From positions 46,313 through 110,312 of the forward strand of contig QQSC01000015.1 of NCBI GenBank assembly GCA_003602475.1: a stretch of 64,000 nt of DNA. Reading direction: 5' to 3'. Position 1 is the stretch's first letter. Each line of letters opens with the position of its first letter. Under the pieces are notes generated by a model, which was given only the letters and a program-made list of their open reading frames with translations, did no database searches and was not told where the DNA came from. The position numbers and the translations under genes were made by a program. This document shows, piece by piece, positions 37,523 through 48,600 of the stretch. This stretch comes from Candidatus Poseidoniales archaeon (lineage in GTDB: Archaea > Thermoplasmatota > Poseidoniia > Poseidoniales > Poseidoniaceae).

Positions 37523-37864
37523 TCAACTCTCGTGCTCGCTCAAGGTGGACGGTTTCCATCCGGGTTTCCAAAACGCCAAGTTGTCGAGCCAGCCCAACCA
37601 TTCTTCATCGGTGCAGGTCAACAGGCGAAAGGCTCGTGATTCCAACCCCTCTCGCAGTGAGGATGGCATGGTACCTGCTTCCATGGCGTCGTGCCATTCA
37701 ACCTGCATTTGACGAATTTGCCGTCGAGCCTCCTCAGGCGTGTCAAAATTCATCTCGCAGGTGTCGCGTAAATCGCTCAACCACGTCCGTGTGTCTTTCA
37801 GCATCGGGTCGTTCGAGCCGCTGTAGGGCGCGTCGCGTTTCTTTCCAAACGGCCACCAACCCAT
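37523..37864 (-). CDS. Small hypothetical protein. This is a trimmed version of the 188-aa track ORF.
   Basis: Only the C-terminal 113 codons (from MGWWPFGKK…) avoid overlap with the RlmH-like gene on the opposite strand. No motif was found. Confidence 0.25.
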   Translation of the reverse strand: MGWWPFGKKRDAPYSGSNDPMLKDTRTWLSDLRDTCEMNFDTPEEARRQIRQMQVEWHDAMEAGTMPSSLREGLESRAFRLLTCTDEEWLGWLDNLAFWKPGWKPSTLSEHES

Positions 37865-37939
37865 GCGGCAACGTCTCCTCCGGAGTCCTTGGACTTGTTG
37901 GGGCCAAGGGTTGAAGTTGCCGAGGCACTGTTGCGTACC

Positions 37940-38374
37940 ATGGGAAGGGTGACGCTCCACTTGCACGGCGCCCCAAAGAATCGAGCAGCACGGACCATGC
38001 TTTCCACGTACACCGACCGTCTCAAGAGTCAAGGCGTTGGCCTCGTCGTTCACAGCGATAAACGCACAACGAAGGCTTACATCGATCACTTGTCAGCCCT
38101 GTCTGGCACGCTTGTTTTACTTGATGAAGCCGGCGAACACCTCACCTCCGAGGCGCTGGCTGATCGGCTCAAGGGTTGGCGGATGAGTGCTCAAGACATT
38201 CATCTCGCCATCGGTCCGGCCGAAGGGTGGAAGGACGACGAACGTCGCTACGGTCACCAGCGCCTTTCGTTGTCGTTGATGACCTTCCCGCATGAACTGG
38301 CGGCGGTGATGCTGGCGGAACAAGTGTACAGAGCTCATGAGATTCTCCGCGGCTCCGCTTATCACAAACCATGA
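37940..38374 (+). CDS. rlmH: RlmH-like SPOUT rRNA (pseudouridine-N3) methyltransferase.
   Basis: By family knowledge the C-terminal half aligns with RlmH: LVLLDEAGEHLTSEALADRL, LAIGPAEGW, and the terminal GSAYHKP (compare HPYHRE). Start taken at Met18 (MGRVTLHLHG). Confidence 0.7.
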   Translation: MGRVTLHLHGAPKNRAARTMLSTYTDRLKSQGVGLVVHSDKRTTKAYIDHLSALSGTLVLLDEAGEHLTSEALADRLKGWRMSAQDIHLAIGPAEGWKDDERRYGHQRLSLSLMTFPHELAAVMLAEQVYRAHEILRGSAYHKP

Positions 38375-38408
38375 TATTGGCCGGCGGTTGAGCAGAACAT
38401 GAACGGTC

Positions 38409-39179
38409 ATGATTCTTGATGAACACACTGGTAAGTGGTTGGTCTATCTTTTGCTTGCAGTGGTCTCCATCTCCATGCTCTTGGGCAGCAAAAATCAGCC
38501 CTTTCCAGAAATTTCTCGGCGGTTTGGCTGGGTCTTGACGTCGCTGACCGCTCTGCTGTTGGTCGGTGAACAAGCACCTCGTCCGGTCTCGCTTGATGTG
38601 TTGCTCGTTCTAACACTCGCCGTGGGCAGTTACGGCGTGCTCGCTGGTGTTCACCACATGGTGAGAACCCGTCACGATGTGTTGGTCGCTCCCTTGACCG
38701 GATTCTTGTTTTGCACCGGTGCGGGAGGCCTCATGGTCCAGACATGGCCATCGTTGAACGCGCTTGAGCAATGGTCGGGTTTTCTGATGCTGGTGTTGCT
38801 CGCGGGCGGACAAACCTGGTTGGTGTTTCGCGGTCTGCTCATCGGGCGCCTCCCGTTGTCATGGAGCCAAGCCGGCATGGTGGCGCTCGAACGGGGCCGC
38901 TTGCACGGCTCCCACGGGGCTGTAGCGTGCTTTGAGAAAGGTTGGGACGCCGACGAGGAGCATCTCAACCCCATGGCTTATGTGGCGCTCCAGCGAATTC
39001 ACTCGTTTTTGGGAGATGCGCATCAAGCCACGGAGTGGCAGGAAGCGTTGGACGACGCCGGTGGCATCAACGCCGTTGCGCCAGAATGGATCGAGGCCAT
39101 TGAACAAGCGCTTGACCGAATCGAGCGCTTGGCCGGCGATTCCAACGGAACATCGGGAGTCGAATCCGTTGCATCATGA
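38409..39179 (+). CDS. Integral membrane protein (5–6 TM) with a C-terminal soluble helical domain, hypothetical.
   Basis: Hydrophobic helices can be seen by eye. No motif was found. Confidence 0.45.
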   Translation: MILDEHTGKWLVYLLLAVVSISMLLGSKNQPFPEISRRFGWVLTSLTALLLVGEQAPRPVSLDVLLVLTLAVGSYGVLAGVHHMVRTRHDVLVAPLTGFLFCTGAGGLMVQTWPSLNALEQWSGFLMLVLLAGGQTWLVFRGLLIGRLPLSWSQAGMVALERGRLHGSHGAVACFEKGWDADEEHLNPMAYVALQRIHSFLGDAHQATEWQEALDDAGGINAVAPEWIEAIEQALDRIERLAGDSNGTSGVESVAS

Positions 39180-39225
39180 AGCGGAGAACAAAAGACCTTA
39201 TATCCATGAAAACCAATAACACATC

Positions 39226-39489
39226 ATGGAAAAGCACCTCCACGATGAACAAGATTGGCCCATGGGGACTCTTCTTTGGTTTGCAGTTGTCGTTTGGTTT
39301 TCATCCAGTCTTCTTTCACAGTCCGCTTTCATGGCGGTCCACGGTCTTCCCTACGATGCGGTGTCCATGCTCAAGTCCTTGGGCCCCGTTTACTACCTCA
39401 TCGTGGCGATGGAACTGGCGATGTGGGTGGCTGTGATCGCTTGGGGCGGGCACCGTTTTGTGGCTCGGCGACGTGCCGTTACCGCCTGA
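39226..39489 (+). CDS. Small two-TM membrane protein, hypothetical.
   Basis: It has two hydrophobic segments and a basic C-terminus. Confidence 0.35.
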   Translation: MEKHLHDEQDWPMGTLLWFAVVVWFSSSLLSQSAFMAVHGLPYDAVSMLKSLGPVYYLIVAMELAMWVAVIAWGGHRFVARRRAVTA

Positions 39490-39625
39490 TGTTCATTTTC
39501 GTGCTCGCCTTGGTGCGTCCTTGGAACAACCCGAACCCAACTCAACGGTCGGAACCCCCAAACCGGCCGAAAAACGCCATAACCTCATGGCATTTCGCCG
39601 ATGACATAAAGAATCGTCAAGACGA

Positions 39626-40120
39626 GTGGTCTCCGTGAGTCCACCTTCAGACCTTCCCATGTTTGCAGGGTGCCCCATGGATGTGGAGGCCCTTGACGAA
39701 CACCATCACTTGCCCTATGATCTACCCGACGATGCTCAGATCGTGACCATTGAACACGCTCGTTCGCATCTCGATTCAGCGCGTGACATCCTGATGGTGT
39801 TGCAAGCGATGGGAGAAGAAGCGCACGACCTGACCAATGAACTCGAACTGCTGCTGGACCTCTACGAAATGAGTCATTCCCATGTCGCTCAAGTCGCCGA
39901 GCATCTTGGTCGCCTCGTGCGGCAATGGCAGGGTTTGGTGGATGACTTGAACGCTATGGGGGCTCGCATCGTTTCAATGGACCCGGGTCGCCTGGAATGG
40001 TACGGTGTGGTCGATCGTCAAATGGCGCTGTTTTCGTGGACTGTTGGAGAGGAAGACATCGAGTGGTATTACAGGATGGAAGAAGGCTTTCCAGCCCGCA
40101 AACCCCTCATAGAAGCGTGA
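39626..40120 (+). CDS. Hypothetical cytoplasmic protein.
   Basis: It is a clean ORF in a gene-dense same-strand run. It is acidic and helical. Confidence 0.4.
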   Translation: MVSVSPPSDLPMFAGCPMDVEALDEHHHLPYDLPDDAQIVTIEHARSHLDSARDILMVLQAMGEEAHDLTNELELLLDLYEMSHSHVAQVAEHLGRLVRQWQGLVDDLNAMGARIVSMDPGRLEWYGVVDRQMALFSWTVGEEDIEWYYRMEEGFPARKPLIEA

Positions 40121-40142
40121 CCTCGGAGAACCGGGCGAGGTC

Positions 40143-40838
40143 ATGGTCAACATCACGAGAGTGTACACCGGCGGCGGCGATAAAGGCGAATCTTCCTTGG
40201 TTGACGGCTCCCGCCGTTCCAAAGCAGATCCAAGGTTCGAGGTGGTCGGTCTGTGCGACGAATTCAACAGTCTTCTGGGCACGGTGTTGATGGAAATCGA
40301 CCGTCTCCCGAACCACGACGATGGCGGCCAGCGCACCAGTGTTCGCCGCATTCAGCAGGTGGTTGGCGAAGCCCTTGGAAGAACACAACACGAGGTGTTT
40401 GACTTGGGCGCAGAATTGGCTTGCCCGCCCGAGACGCTCCCCGAATTCATGGTGCTCATCAACGAAGACCAAGCCAACGTGCTGGTCGATGAAATGGATG
40501 CGTTGTTGGAATGGCTTGAACCTTTGAACAGCTTCATTCTCCCCACCGGTGAACCTCCTGTGGCCATGATGCACGTGGCTCGAACGATGGTTCGGAGATT
40601 GGAACGCTCCGTCGTTCGGTTGAGAGAACATGAAGGCGAATCTTCCGTCCGTCCGATTGTGTTGATTTACATCAACCGCCTCTCAGACTGGTTGTTTGTG
40701 ATGGCTCGGTGGGTCAGCCATGTTCTTCAAAACGAGGAAACAAAGTGGGTGCCGTTGGGCAAGCGAACGGCTGAACGAGGCATTGGTCAACGGGTTCGTC
40801 AAATGCGTTCCAACGACGACGATTTGTCCTCGATTTAA
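40143..40838 (+). CDS. PduO-type ATP:cob(I)alamin adenosyltransferase.
   Basis: It has TRVYTGGGDKGESSLVDGSRRSKADPRFEVVGLCDEFNS, which matches the PduO/MMAB N-terminal signature (TKIYTRTGDKGTTSL…DELN). Confidence 0.8.
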   Translation: MVNITRVYTGGGDKGESSLVDGSRRSKADPRFEVVGLCDEFNSLLGTVLMEIDRLPNHDDGGQRTSVRRIQQVVGEALGRTQHEVFDLGAELACPPETLPEFMVLINEDQANVLVDEMDALLEWLEPLNSFILPTGEPPVAMMHVARTMVRRLERSVVRLREHEGESSVRPIVLIYINRLSDWLFVMARWVSHVLQNEETKWVPLGKRTAERGIGQRVRQMRSNDDDLSSI

Positions 40839-40841
40839 CCT

Positions 40842-41327
40842 TCAAGCAAGGTGAGGGGCTGCTCCGAGGGCAGCATGAAGCACACCGCGGGTTTCATCGT
40901 GGGTAACAAATTCCAAGGCTTGATCCCACGGCAGCCACAAGTACCCGCGATGTTCTTTGGAGAGTTGGACCGTTATCTCATCGGTTTCACCAAGGTACCA
41001 ATGGACTTCTTTGTCCCTTCGTTTGCCCTTGTGGTGGTAGCTGTACGACGTTCGGTATGCAAACCCGCCGACGAATTTGAGGTCAACAATTCCGGTCTCC
41101 TCATGAAGTTCACGTCGAACCGTGGCCATGTGATCCGCATCGCTGTCCTCCACGTGGCCTTTGGGCAGGTCCCAATGCCCTTGAGGGTACTGAAGAAGCA
41201 GCACCGTGCCGCAATTGACAAGCACAACACCGCATGAGGTCTCCATGCGCCTCCCTGCTCGGTCTCCTTGATGGTCATGACGGCTCGAGGCGAACGTTGA
41301 TGGCCGTTCACGGAGAGCAAAGAGCAT
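40842..41327 (-). CDS. Nudix hydrolase.
   Basis: The Nudix box is GHVEDSDADHMATVRRELHEETGI (Gx5Ex7REUxEExGU). Confidence 0.8.
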   Translation of the reverse strand: MLFALRERPSTFASSRHDHQGDRAGRRMETSCGVVLVNCGTVLLLQYPQGHWDLPKGHVEDSDADHMATVRRELHEETGIVDLKFVGGFAYRTSYSYHHKGKRRDKEVHWYLGETDEITVQLSKEHRGYLWLPWDQALEFVTHDETRGVLHAALGAAPHLA

Positions 41328-42312
41328 GGCGGTTCAAGCCCTGCAAGCTGGCGAAGTCCCCTTTTATTCGCTTATTTTAGCCGATGCTGACCTTGACGGG
41401 CTAATGGGAGCCGCGCTCCTCAAGGCTTTCCGGCCGGAGGCTTCGGTTCGGTTTTCCCATGCCGCCGCCGTTCGAGGCGGACTCGATGACGGGTACATCA
41501 ACGCCCAGACCGCCATGGTTGACCTTCCGTTCCATCCCAATTGTGGATGGTACATCGACCACCATGCCACCAACCGACCAACGGCCGAAGAATCCACAGC
41601 CTTCACCCAGAAAGGTGGTGTGGTGGATTGGGATGCGGCTCCTTCTGCTGCGCGTGTGGTCCACGATCTGCTGAAGAACGTGACACCTGTTGACCATTTG
41701 ACGTCGCTGATGCCTTGGGTGGACGCCCTTGATTCGGGAGGAATTTCACTCACCGATTTTCGAGAGGACGGTCCGGCATTGCAACTTTCGAGATGCTGTT
41801 CGCTGCGCCACGAGCCCATGATGCATCGAATCGTTGACCTGTTGGCGAATGGAGCGGATTTGGACACCGTTTTGAGGGATGAGGAAGTTGGGCCGCTGGT
41901 GCAGAATCTACGTGCTGAGCGGCAACACGCAGAAGAGATGGTGGCCAAGTACACCACCATCCACAACCGACTTGCAGTTTGCAGGTTGGAGGACACCGGG
42001 CTACGAATCAACGGCTATTTGGTCACGGCATGGGCGGGTGACCGCGCCGATGCATGCTGTGTGGTCCACGGTTACGCCGATGGCCGATTGGACGACCGAG
42101 AACGCCCTCCCATCGGCGCCAGTTTCTATGCCAATTCGTTTTTGCCAGGGGCGCAAGGGATGTACGACCTGTCTCGCATGGCCACCTCTCTTGATCCGAC
42201 CGGGGGGGGGCATCGAAACGCTTGCGGTTGCCGTGTCCAGCCACCCGGCCTGGAAGCCAACCTGAGCCACTGGTTGTCGATGTGGGACGCCAGAGACGAC
42301 GTCCTTGTTTGA
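41326..42312 (+). CDS. DHH/DHHA1 phosphoesterase, NrnA-like nanoRNase/pAp phosphatase.
   Basis: It has LILADADLDG (DHH motif I), YIDHHATN (the DHH motif) and GGGHRNACG (the DHHA1 GGGH motif). Confidence 0.7.
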   Translation: MAVQALQAGEVPFYSLILADADLDGLMGAALLKAFRPEASVRFSHAAAVRGGLDDGYINAQTAMVDLPFHPNCGWYIDHHATNRPTAEESTAFTQKGGVVDWDAAPSAARVVHDLLKNVTPVDHLTSLMPWVDALDSGGISLTDFREDGPALQLSRCCSLRHEPMMHRIVDLLANGADLDTVLRDEEVGPLVQNLRAERQHAEEMVAKYTTIHNRLAVCRLEDTGLRINGYLVTAWAGDRADACCVVHGYADGRLDDRERPPIGASFYANSFLPGAQGMYDLSRMATSLDPTGGGHRNACGCRVQPPGLEANLSHWLSMWDARDDVLV

Positions 42313-42318
42313 AACGCC

Positions 42319-42588
42319 TCAAAACTTCGGCATGGCCGAGGTGTTCGATGAGGAATGCTCAATGTTCATTGCCTCTGATTCTACGGTTTCGATGCCGTCT
42401 TCGTCCACCACACGTTCTCGTCCGTCTGCGGTGACCTCGACCTTCTTGACGTTGAGTCGATTCACGGTGGCTTTTAGCACCTCAAACTCGATTTCCAAGT
42501 CCTCAAGAGCGTCTCTTGAGGTCTCGATGTGCTTCTCCACGCGACCAAGAAGTTTCTTCATCTTCTTGAGGGTTCGAGCGTCGGACAT
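42319..42588 (-). CDS. Small coiled-coil protein, hypothetical.
   Basis: It is an 89-aa charged helical ORF immediately upstream of the MMPL exporter gene on the same strand. Confidence 0.3.
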   Translation of the reverse strand: MSDARTLKKMKKLLGRVEKHIETSRDALEDLEIEFEVLKATVNRLNVKKVEVTADGRERVVDEDGIETVESEAMNIEHSSSNTSAMPKF

Positions 42589-42637
42589 GTGTCATCGTCG
42601 TGCCGTTTCCTTTTGAGTGTTCGGGGGGGCTTTCTGC

Positions 42638-44968
42638 TCATTCTTCACTGCTCGGAACGGGCTCAACGGTGGGCGGGGATGACCCGCCGAGGAAAGCGGG
42701 GGACCACCAATTCCATTTCCCCATCAAACGCATTGTTGAAGGGACCACGAGGGCGCGTACCAACGTCGCATCAATGAAAATCGCCAACGCCAGTCCCAAT
42801 CCGATCTGCTTTAGGATGATGATGCTCGAAAGCCCGAAAGCGCTGAACACCACGACCATGATGGCGGCGGCACCGGTGATGAGCCCCCCGGTCTTTTGCA
42901 GCCCTTGGGCGACCGCTGCGGTGTTGTCGCCTGTTCGCTCCCACTCCTCATGGATCCGAGAGAGCATCAGCACCTCGTAGTCCATCGATAACCCGAACAC
43001 GATGCAGAACATGATGACGGGGTTGCCCGAATCGATGGGTTGGGGCGTGAAATTGAGCAGGTCAGCACCGTAGCCCCACTGGAACACCCAGACCAGCATA
43101 CCGAAGGACGCCGAAATGGAAAGGATGTTCATGGCGATGGCCTTGATGGGGATGACCACCGAGCGAACCTGAAGGAAAATGAGCAACATTGTAGCGATGA
43201 GAATGAACGCCAGTGCACGGGGGAGATTGTCGGCGATGGCGTCGAGGTTGTCGGCGTTGTAAGCAGCGAAACCGGCCACGAGCATGCGGTCGTTTTCTCC
43301 TGTGAAATCGTCGAGGAATGCCCCGCGCTCATCTCGGATGTCTTCGACCATCTCTCGGGATTCGACACTGGTTTGGTCTCCCTCGAGTTGCAAAGAAATC
43401 ATGGTGGCTTCGTCTCCAATAAGGGCGGTGCGCAAACTCTCCCTCACGGCCACTTGTTCAGGCGGCAGGAATTCGCTGGGCGCCTGCCAGAATTCAACCA
43501 CTTGCGTGGCGTTCATCCCCTGGCTGGGTAGGCCAACGCCAATGCCACCGGTCGCTCGGGGGTCGTCGAGTAGACCCGTGATGTAGGCGTGCTGAAGGCG
43601 GAGATTGGTTTCGTTGAGGGGGTCGGCTCCATCGGTGTCGATGACCAAGAAGATGGAATTGGCTGCTTGGTCCGGCCAAACCTCGTCGATGACCTCCATG
43701 CCCATTCGCGATTCATCCTCGGGTGGCAAAGCCTTCCACGAGGAGAGGGAAAATTCAGCGTAGGCAAAGGGAACGCCAGCACCGATGAGCAAAATGAGTG
43801 TGGGGATGAGCACGGTCCAGGGGCGATCCATGACCCGCTTGGCAAGGCGGGCCCATACACCGTCGTCTTTCGCGCTCATGTCGAGGGAGTACGGAATCTT
43901 GAGCTTGTTCACCCGATGACCCAATTGGGCCATCACTGCGGGCAGGACGATGGTGGAGTACACCATGGCAATGGACACCGCAATGGTTCCACCAATGCCG
44001 AGCGAGGGCAAGGAAGTGTTGGTGAAAAACAGCATCCCCATGAGACCAATGGCCACGGTAATGCCCGAGTAGAACACCGCCTTTCCAGCCGTAGCGCAAC
44101 TCATGGCCGTGGCGGTTCGGACGTCCCGACCTCGCTCAAGTTCCTCTCGAAACCTGTTCACGAGGAAGAGCGAATAATCAATGGAAACACCGATGCCGAT
44201 AAGCGAGATGATGTTCGTGGCGTAGACGGTGACGTCGGTCACGTTGGAGAGCCAAATGGTCATCCCGATGGCAGCCACCACGGTGCCCACCCCAACACCC
44301 ACTGGGAGCAGAGCTGCCACTACGGAGCCGAACACCACGCCGAGGATGATGAGTGAAAGCGGGCCAGAGACCAATTCGGCCTTGATCAGGTCGTTCTTGA
44401 TGCGGTCATCAAAGGTCCAATCAATGGCGATGCCGTCGGTTGCAAAGCCTTCGAACTCTCCACCGATGCTGATGCTGTCGTACAGCTCGCCGTGGAGGGA
44501 TTTGGCGTCTTTTCGATTGGTTTGAAGTTCAACTTGGTTGATGGCGTAATGGCCGTCTTCGGTGCTGGCGGTCACGTCCTCTCGGTCAACCTCGTCGACG
44601 GTCCACGAATACACGACGTTGATGTCCCGATGTCCGCTGTATTGTTCGAGGGCATCCATGACGGCTTGTTGCCACACTTCAGAAGAGTCGTTGAGTGTTG
44701 GGTGGTACACCACATAGCGGAAATATTGACCCGAATCGTTGTCAGAGGAAGCGAATCGATCAGAGATAAGGCGGAATCCTTCAACCGATTCAACATCGTC
44801 TTCACCGAACCCTTCGGCCCAATCGGCACCAATGGCGATCAAGCTGGACATCAGGACGCAAGAAACAAGGCCGAAGGCCATCATCAACTTCTTGTGGTCA
44901 TGGATGAATTCTCCAAGTTTGTAGAAGGCCCGTCCTTCCAGCATCTTGGGGTCTGTAGCGCCTTCCAT
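42638..44968 (-). CDS. MMPL/RND-superfamily exporter with 12 TM and two large extracytoplasmic loops.
   Basis: It has two hydrophobic six-helix bundles separated by soluble domains. It is 776 aa. It is SSD/MMPL-like (…GIGVSIDYSLFLVNRFREE…). Confidence 0.75.
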   Translation of the reverse strand: MEGATDPKMLEGRAFYKLGEFIHDHKKLMMAFGLVSCVLMSSLIAIGADWAEGFGEDDVESVEGFRLISDRFASSDNDSGQYFRYVVYHPTLNDSSEVWQQAVMDALEQYSGHRDINVVYSWTVDEVDREDVTASTEDGHYAINQVELQTNRKDAKSLHGELYDSISIGGEFEGFATDGIAIDWTFDDRIKNDLIKAELVSGPLSLIILGVVFGSVVAALLPVGVGVGTVVAAIGMTIWLSNVTDVTVYATNIISLIGIGVSIDYSLFLVNRFREELERGRDVRTATAMSCATAGKAVFYSGITVAIGLMGMLFFTNTSLPSLGIGGTIAVSIAMVYSTIVLPAVMAQLGHRVNKLKIPYSLDMSAKDDGVWARLAKRVMDRPWTVLIPTLILLIGAGVPFAYAEFSLSSWKALPPEDESRMGMEVIDEVWPDQAANSIFLVIDTDGADPLNETNLRLQHAYITGLLDDPRATGGIGVGLPSQGMNATQVVEFWQAPSEFLPPEQVAVRESLRTALIGDEATMISLQLEGDQTSVESREMVEDIRDERGAFLDDFTGENDRMLVAGFAAYNADNLDAIADNLPRALAFILIATMLLIFLQVRSVVIPIKAIAMNILSISASFGMLVWVFQWGYGADLLNFTPQPIDSGNPVIMFCIVFGLSMDYEVLMLSRIHEEWERTGDNTAAVAQGLQKTGGLITGAAAIMVVVFSAFGLSSIIILKQIGLGLALAIFIDATLVRALVVPSTMRLMGKWNWWSPAFLGGSSPPTVEPVPSSEE

Positions 44969-45035
44969 GACGCGGCGAAAAAATACCGCTTTTTATACCG
45001 CTGTCTAAATGCCCCACGAAACTCCGTTTGACCGG

Positions 45036-45545
45036 TCAGGCAAGAAAGATGTCGAAGGTGTAGATGAATCCCATGAACGCATGAAGAAAGACGAGGTAAA
45101 TCACCAAGTCAGCCGCTCTTCCGTGTTTGGTTTTGGCCAGTGCATACGATTCACCGTTCTCGCGAAGTGTTTTTGCCTCCCGTCCGAACCGAGAAAGGGC
45201 CACGAGTAAAGCGAACCCAACCGGGCCCATGTAGCCGTGAAGGGATTGCGGCCAGATGTCTGCCCACACGCTGCCTTGGGTGTACCAACCGTTGACCATA
45301 CGACCAACAAAGGCCACGACGATGACCAACCCGGTGGCCACGAGCAAGCGTTCGCCGTTTCGCTCGTGGCGGGCCCGGTGTTGTTCACGCTCGTCACCCT
45401 TGAGTTCTTTCGAGTGTTTTCGCCACGTGTATTGCCACCACACCCATACCACCAACCCCGACGCGAGAAGGGGGTGCAGCAAGAGGGCGATGGCAGGGAC
45501 GAGTTCCATGTGACCAGCGGGTTGTGTCAGTTCGGTTGAGTTCAT
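45036..45545 (-). CDS. Integral membrane protein (4 TM), hypothetical.
   Basis: Hydrophobic helices are present. It is divergent from the PIN-protein gene. Confidence 0.45.
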   Translation of the reverse strand: MNSTELTQPAGHMELVPAIALLLHPLLASGLVVWVWWQYTWRKHSKELKGDEREQHRARHERNGERLLVATGLVIVVAFVGRMVNGWYTQGSVWADIWPQSLHGYMGPVGFALLVALSRFGREAKTLRENGESYALAKTKHGRAADLVIYLVFLHAFMGFIYTFDIFLA

Positions 45546-45635
45546 GGACCTATGTGTGGCTACAACCCTCCATCTTCGTGCATCGGTGGGTTGAAAGCGG
45601 CAGGATGGAGGCGAATGGTAAGGAGGCGTGTGTGC

Positions 45636-48600
45636 ATGGCAGAATCCTACATGGCAACATGCCTCGCCGTCGCCTTTGAACGGCCAGCCTCTCCGAACGT
45701 TCGAACCTCACGAATGAGCAAGGATTCCGCTTGGCAGCTCTTGGCGAAGGAAAAACCACTTCGCGCCATGGTGTTGGTCGCCGTCAACGAACAGGAACCT
45801 CCACCGGCTGAAGACGACGAGGGCGCTTCACCCCGGACACCAGCGTCGCGCCCAAGAGGACGTTCTCGCCGAGGCAGCCGAAGCAGTGGGCCTCGCCACA
45901 TGGACTGGCTCCCCACCGCTGAAGAGGTCATCAACGACCAGCCATACAACACGGCGTTTCAGCTGGCCACGCTTTTGGTGCACAAGCAACTTGACGCCGA
46001 CGCTTGGGACGATGCATGGAACGCCAACGAAACGGCGCTTCGTGAAATCTGTCTCAACAAAGGCGTCCATCCGGTTTGGCACACCATCGCGGACAAGACC
46101 CCACTCTTGGCTCAATTCTTGGCCTTCCCCGCCGTTGAACCGTCGGAAGAAACGCCCACGGTCAACCTTGACACCTCCCTTTTGCGGTTCGATCCTCAGG
46201 ATCTGATTTCGCTGAACCGCCTCATCACCGGAGCCGTTGAAGCCAGTTCGTCTCCGGACACCAAAGTGGCTCTGCAAAAAGCAGCCTCTCAGGTGACCAC
46301 AAAGCGAAAGGTAACGGTTGATGACTCGCTTACGGACCTCACCGGTTCGTTGGCCTTCGTCCCCGTTTACCTCAATCTTCATGCCGGTCAAGAGGTTTCT
46401 GAAGCTCTTTGGAAGGCGGTGAACGATGTTGACACAGAACTTCACGACGCCCTCAAGGATTACGCTCGTTTGGCATCGGGGCAGGTTGATGATTGGGCCG
46501 CTGTTATGGCGCTCAAGAACGACAACAGCCTCGACGTGGCCCGTACGCTTCTCGCCTGGCTCCATGCCCCTGCTGATGCTGAACACATGCCGTCAGCAAC
46601 GTTGACTGAGGGCATTAACCTGATTTCAGAGGCCGGAATAACCCTCGCCGACGACCGGCTGACATGGTGGCGTTTGAAGGCCTTTCAAAAGGAAGGGAAG
46701 AAGGACGACGCCCTCGAAGTGCTGATCACCCTCTCGCTGGATGCGAATGCGGACGTGGCCGAGTTGCTGCCGCTCATCGTTGAACTCGACGACGAAAAAG
46801 CAGATTCGTGGCTCGAAGGTCACATCGATGTCCTTGAGCCAGCAGCCTGCGTGCACATGATTCGACACGAGAACCTTCGAACGCCCCTCCGCCTGCTGGC
46901 AGCGGAGCGTCTGTGCGATGCTGGCGACGATTCATGGAACGAAGTCGCTGCCTTGGCTTTGCCTTTGCTGGCACGCTCCCTTGATCTTGAACGTCTGGCG
47001 ATCGTGTTTTCCAACAGCGCCGACTTGGCGCTCTCAGAGCCTCATTTTGCTCTCATGACCGCTCATCTCGCCCCCGCTTCACTCCATGCTTCCCTGGGAG
47101 AGGGGCTCAATGCATGCCGGCAACAGGCGATTCAAGCCATCCATGGCGTAGAACTTCCCGGGGCTTTTTCGCCTCTCTCTGAACACCTTTTGCTGCTTCT
47201 TGAAGGCATCAACAATGATTCCCCAGAGCTGGCAGAAGTCTTGAATTTGCCTGCATTGCGTGCATTTTCACCCATCAGTGCGGCATTGGTCGCTGGCGGT
47301 GTGGTCAAACCAACCTCCTTGCGTAATCTCGAGAAGGAGCTCGACGAACTTGACATTGACGCCATCGAAAAGCGTCTGTTCGAAGTCATTCTTCTGACCC
47401 TTCGAATGAACGGCTTCATTCAGGACCATCAAATCGGACGGGCTCGAAACGAAACCGTTGCCGCAATCAACGACATGGTGAACCACCCGTCCATCCCGTA
47501 CCGGCTCATGGATTCGTTTTCCTTCCTGGTTCTCGAGCATGATTTGGGCTTGTCGCATCTGGTCGACTGGTATCAACAACACGCTCCGCTTTCGTCTTGG
47601 GCTCCCCTGGCGCGTGCCGCTTTGTTCGCTGCCAACGGTGACGAATTGAATTCCGCACGTGAATACATGAGAGCAGCAGAAGCCTTCAGCCAATCCGAGC
47701 GACAACACAACGACGAGAGCGGCGAAGACGACGATTCCGCTCTGGCCCTACCGCTTGCTCTCTACCGGAAATCCCTGATTCACTTTGCAAACGCCCAGCA
47801 GTGGGCGGAGGCCGTTAGCCTCCTCGAACGCGTCCCCGCCTTGAAAACAGCCATCACCGAGCGGTTCAAACTCTACCTCAAGGTCAGTCACACCGTTGGC
47901 AGTGACACCGACAAAGCCATGCGCATGATTCGGGAACACCTCCAGATGCGCGTACCCTACGAGGATGAAGATGTTGAGGGCAACATCGTCGTCAAACACC
48001 GAACGGTGTACAACGAGGAAGAACTTGACCTGCTCAAGAATTACCCTTACGACAAGGCTCACCAACTTCCTCCTGAGCCTTTCCTCGGTCGAGTAACCGC
48101 AGCATCAACTCGCATCGGTCGCGATTTGCGACGCTCAAGGAAGGAACACGAGCAACACTTCAGGCAAGCCATGCACGGTTCTTCGCCTTCGATGACCGAG
48201 GTCTATGAAATCGCTAAATCAGCTGCTGAGGAATCGCCTTTCGAGGGGCTGATGTACCTCGAGCGAGCACAAAACACCACGAAGTTCACCCTCCCGGACC
48301 GTCGGCGCCTCGCCGGTGTTGAATCCACGCTGTTCGCTCAGCACAAAGACGACATTCCAACCAAGAAACGCCGCTTCTTGCGAAACCTCCCCCTTCATCC
48401 GTTGGTGATTGTCGACACCAACATCTTGGTGGACGCCTTGGTGGACCGTGTTCACCAACAACTCAACCTTCTCGCAGGAACAAACCCCAATGTCATGAGC
48501 ATGAATCGATTCCACCGAATCTTGCTTCATCATGCCAAGGCCGACCACCTTCACCTCATGGTTCCCCAAGACGTGCGAGGCGAGTTGAAACAATTCGCCA

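Noticed and set aside
40107-42011. Minus-strand ORFs 40107..40631 and 41364..42011.
   Set aside because: They are antisense to the PduO adenosyltransferase and DHH phosphoesterase genes respectively.
43589-44356. 255-aa plus-strand ORF.
   Set aside because: It is antisense to the MMPL exporter. It is His/Gly-rich junk with no TM pattern.
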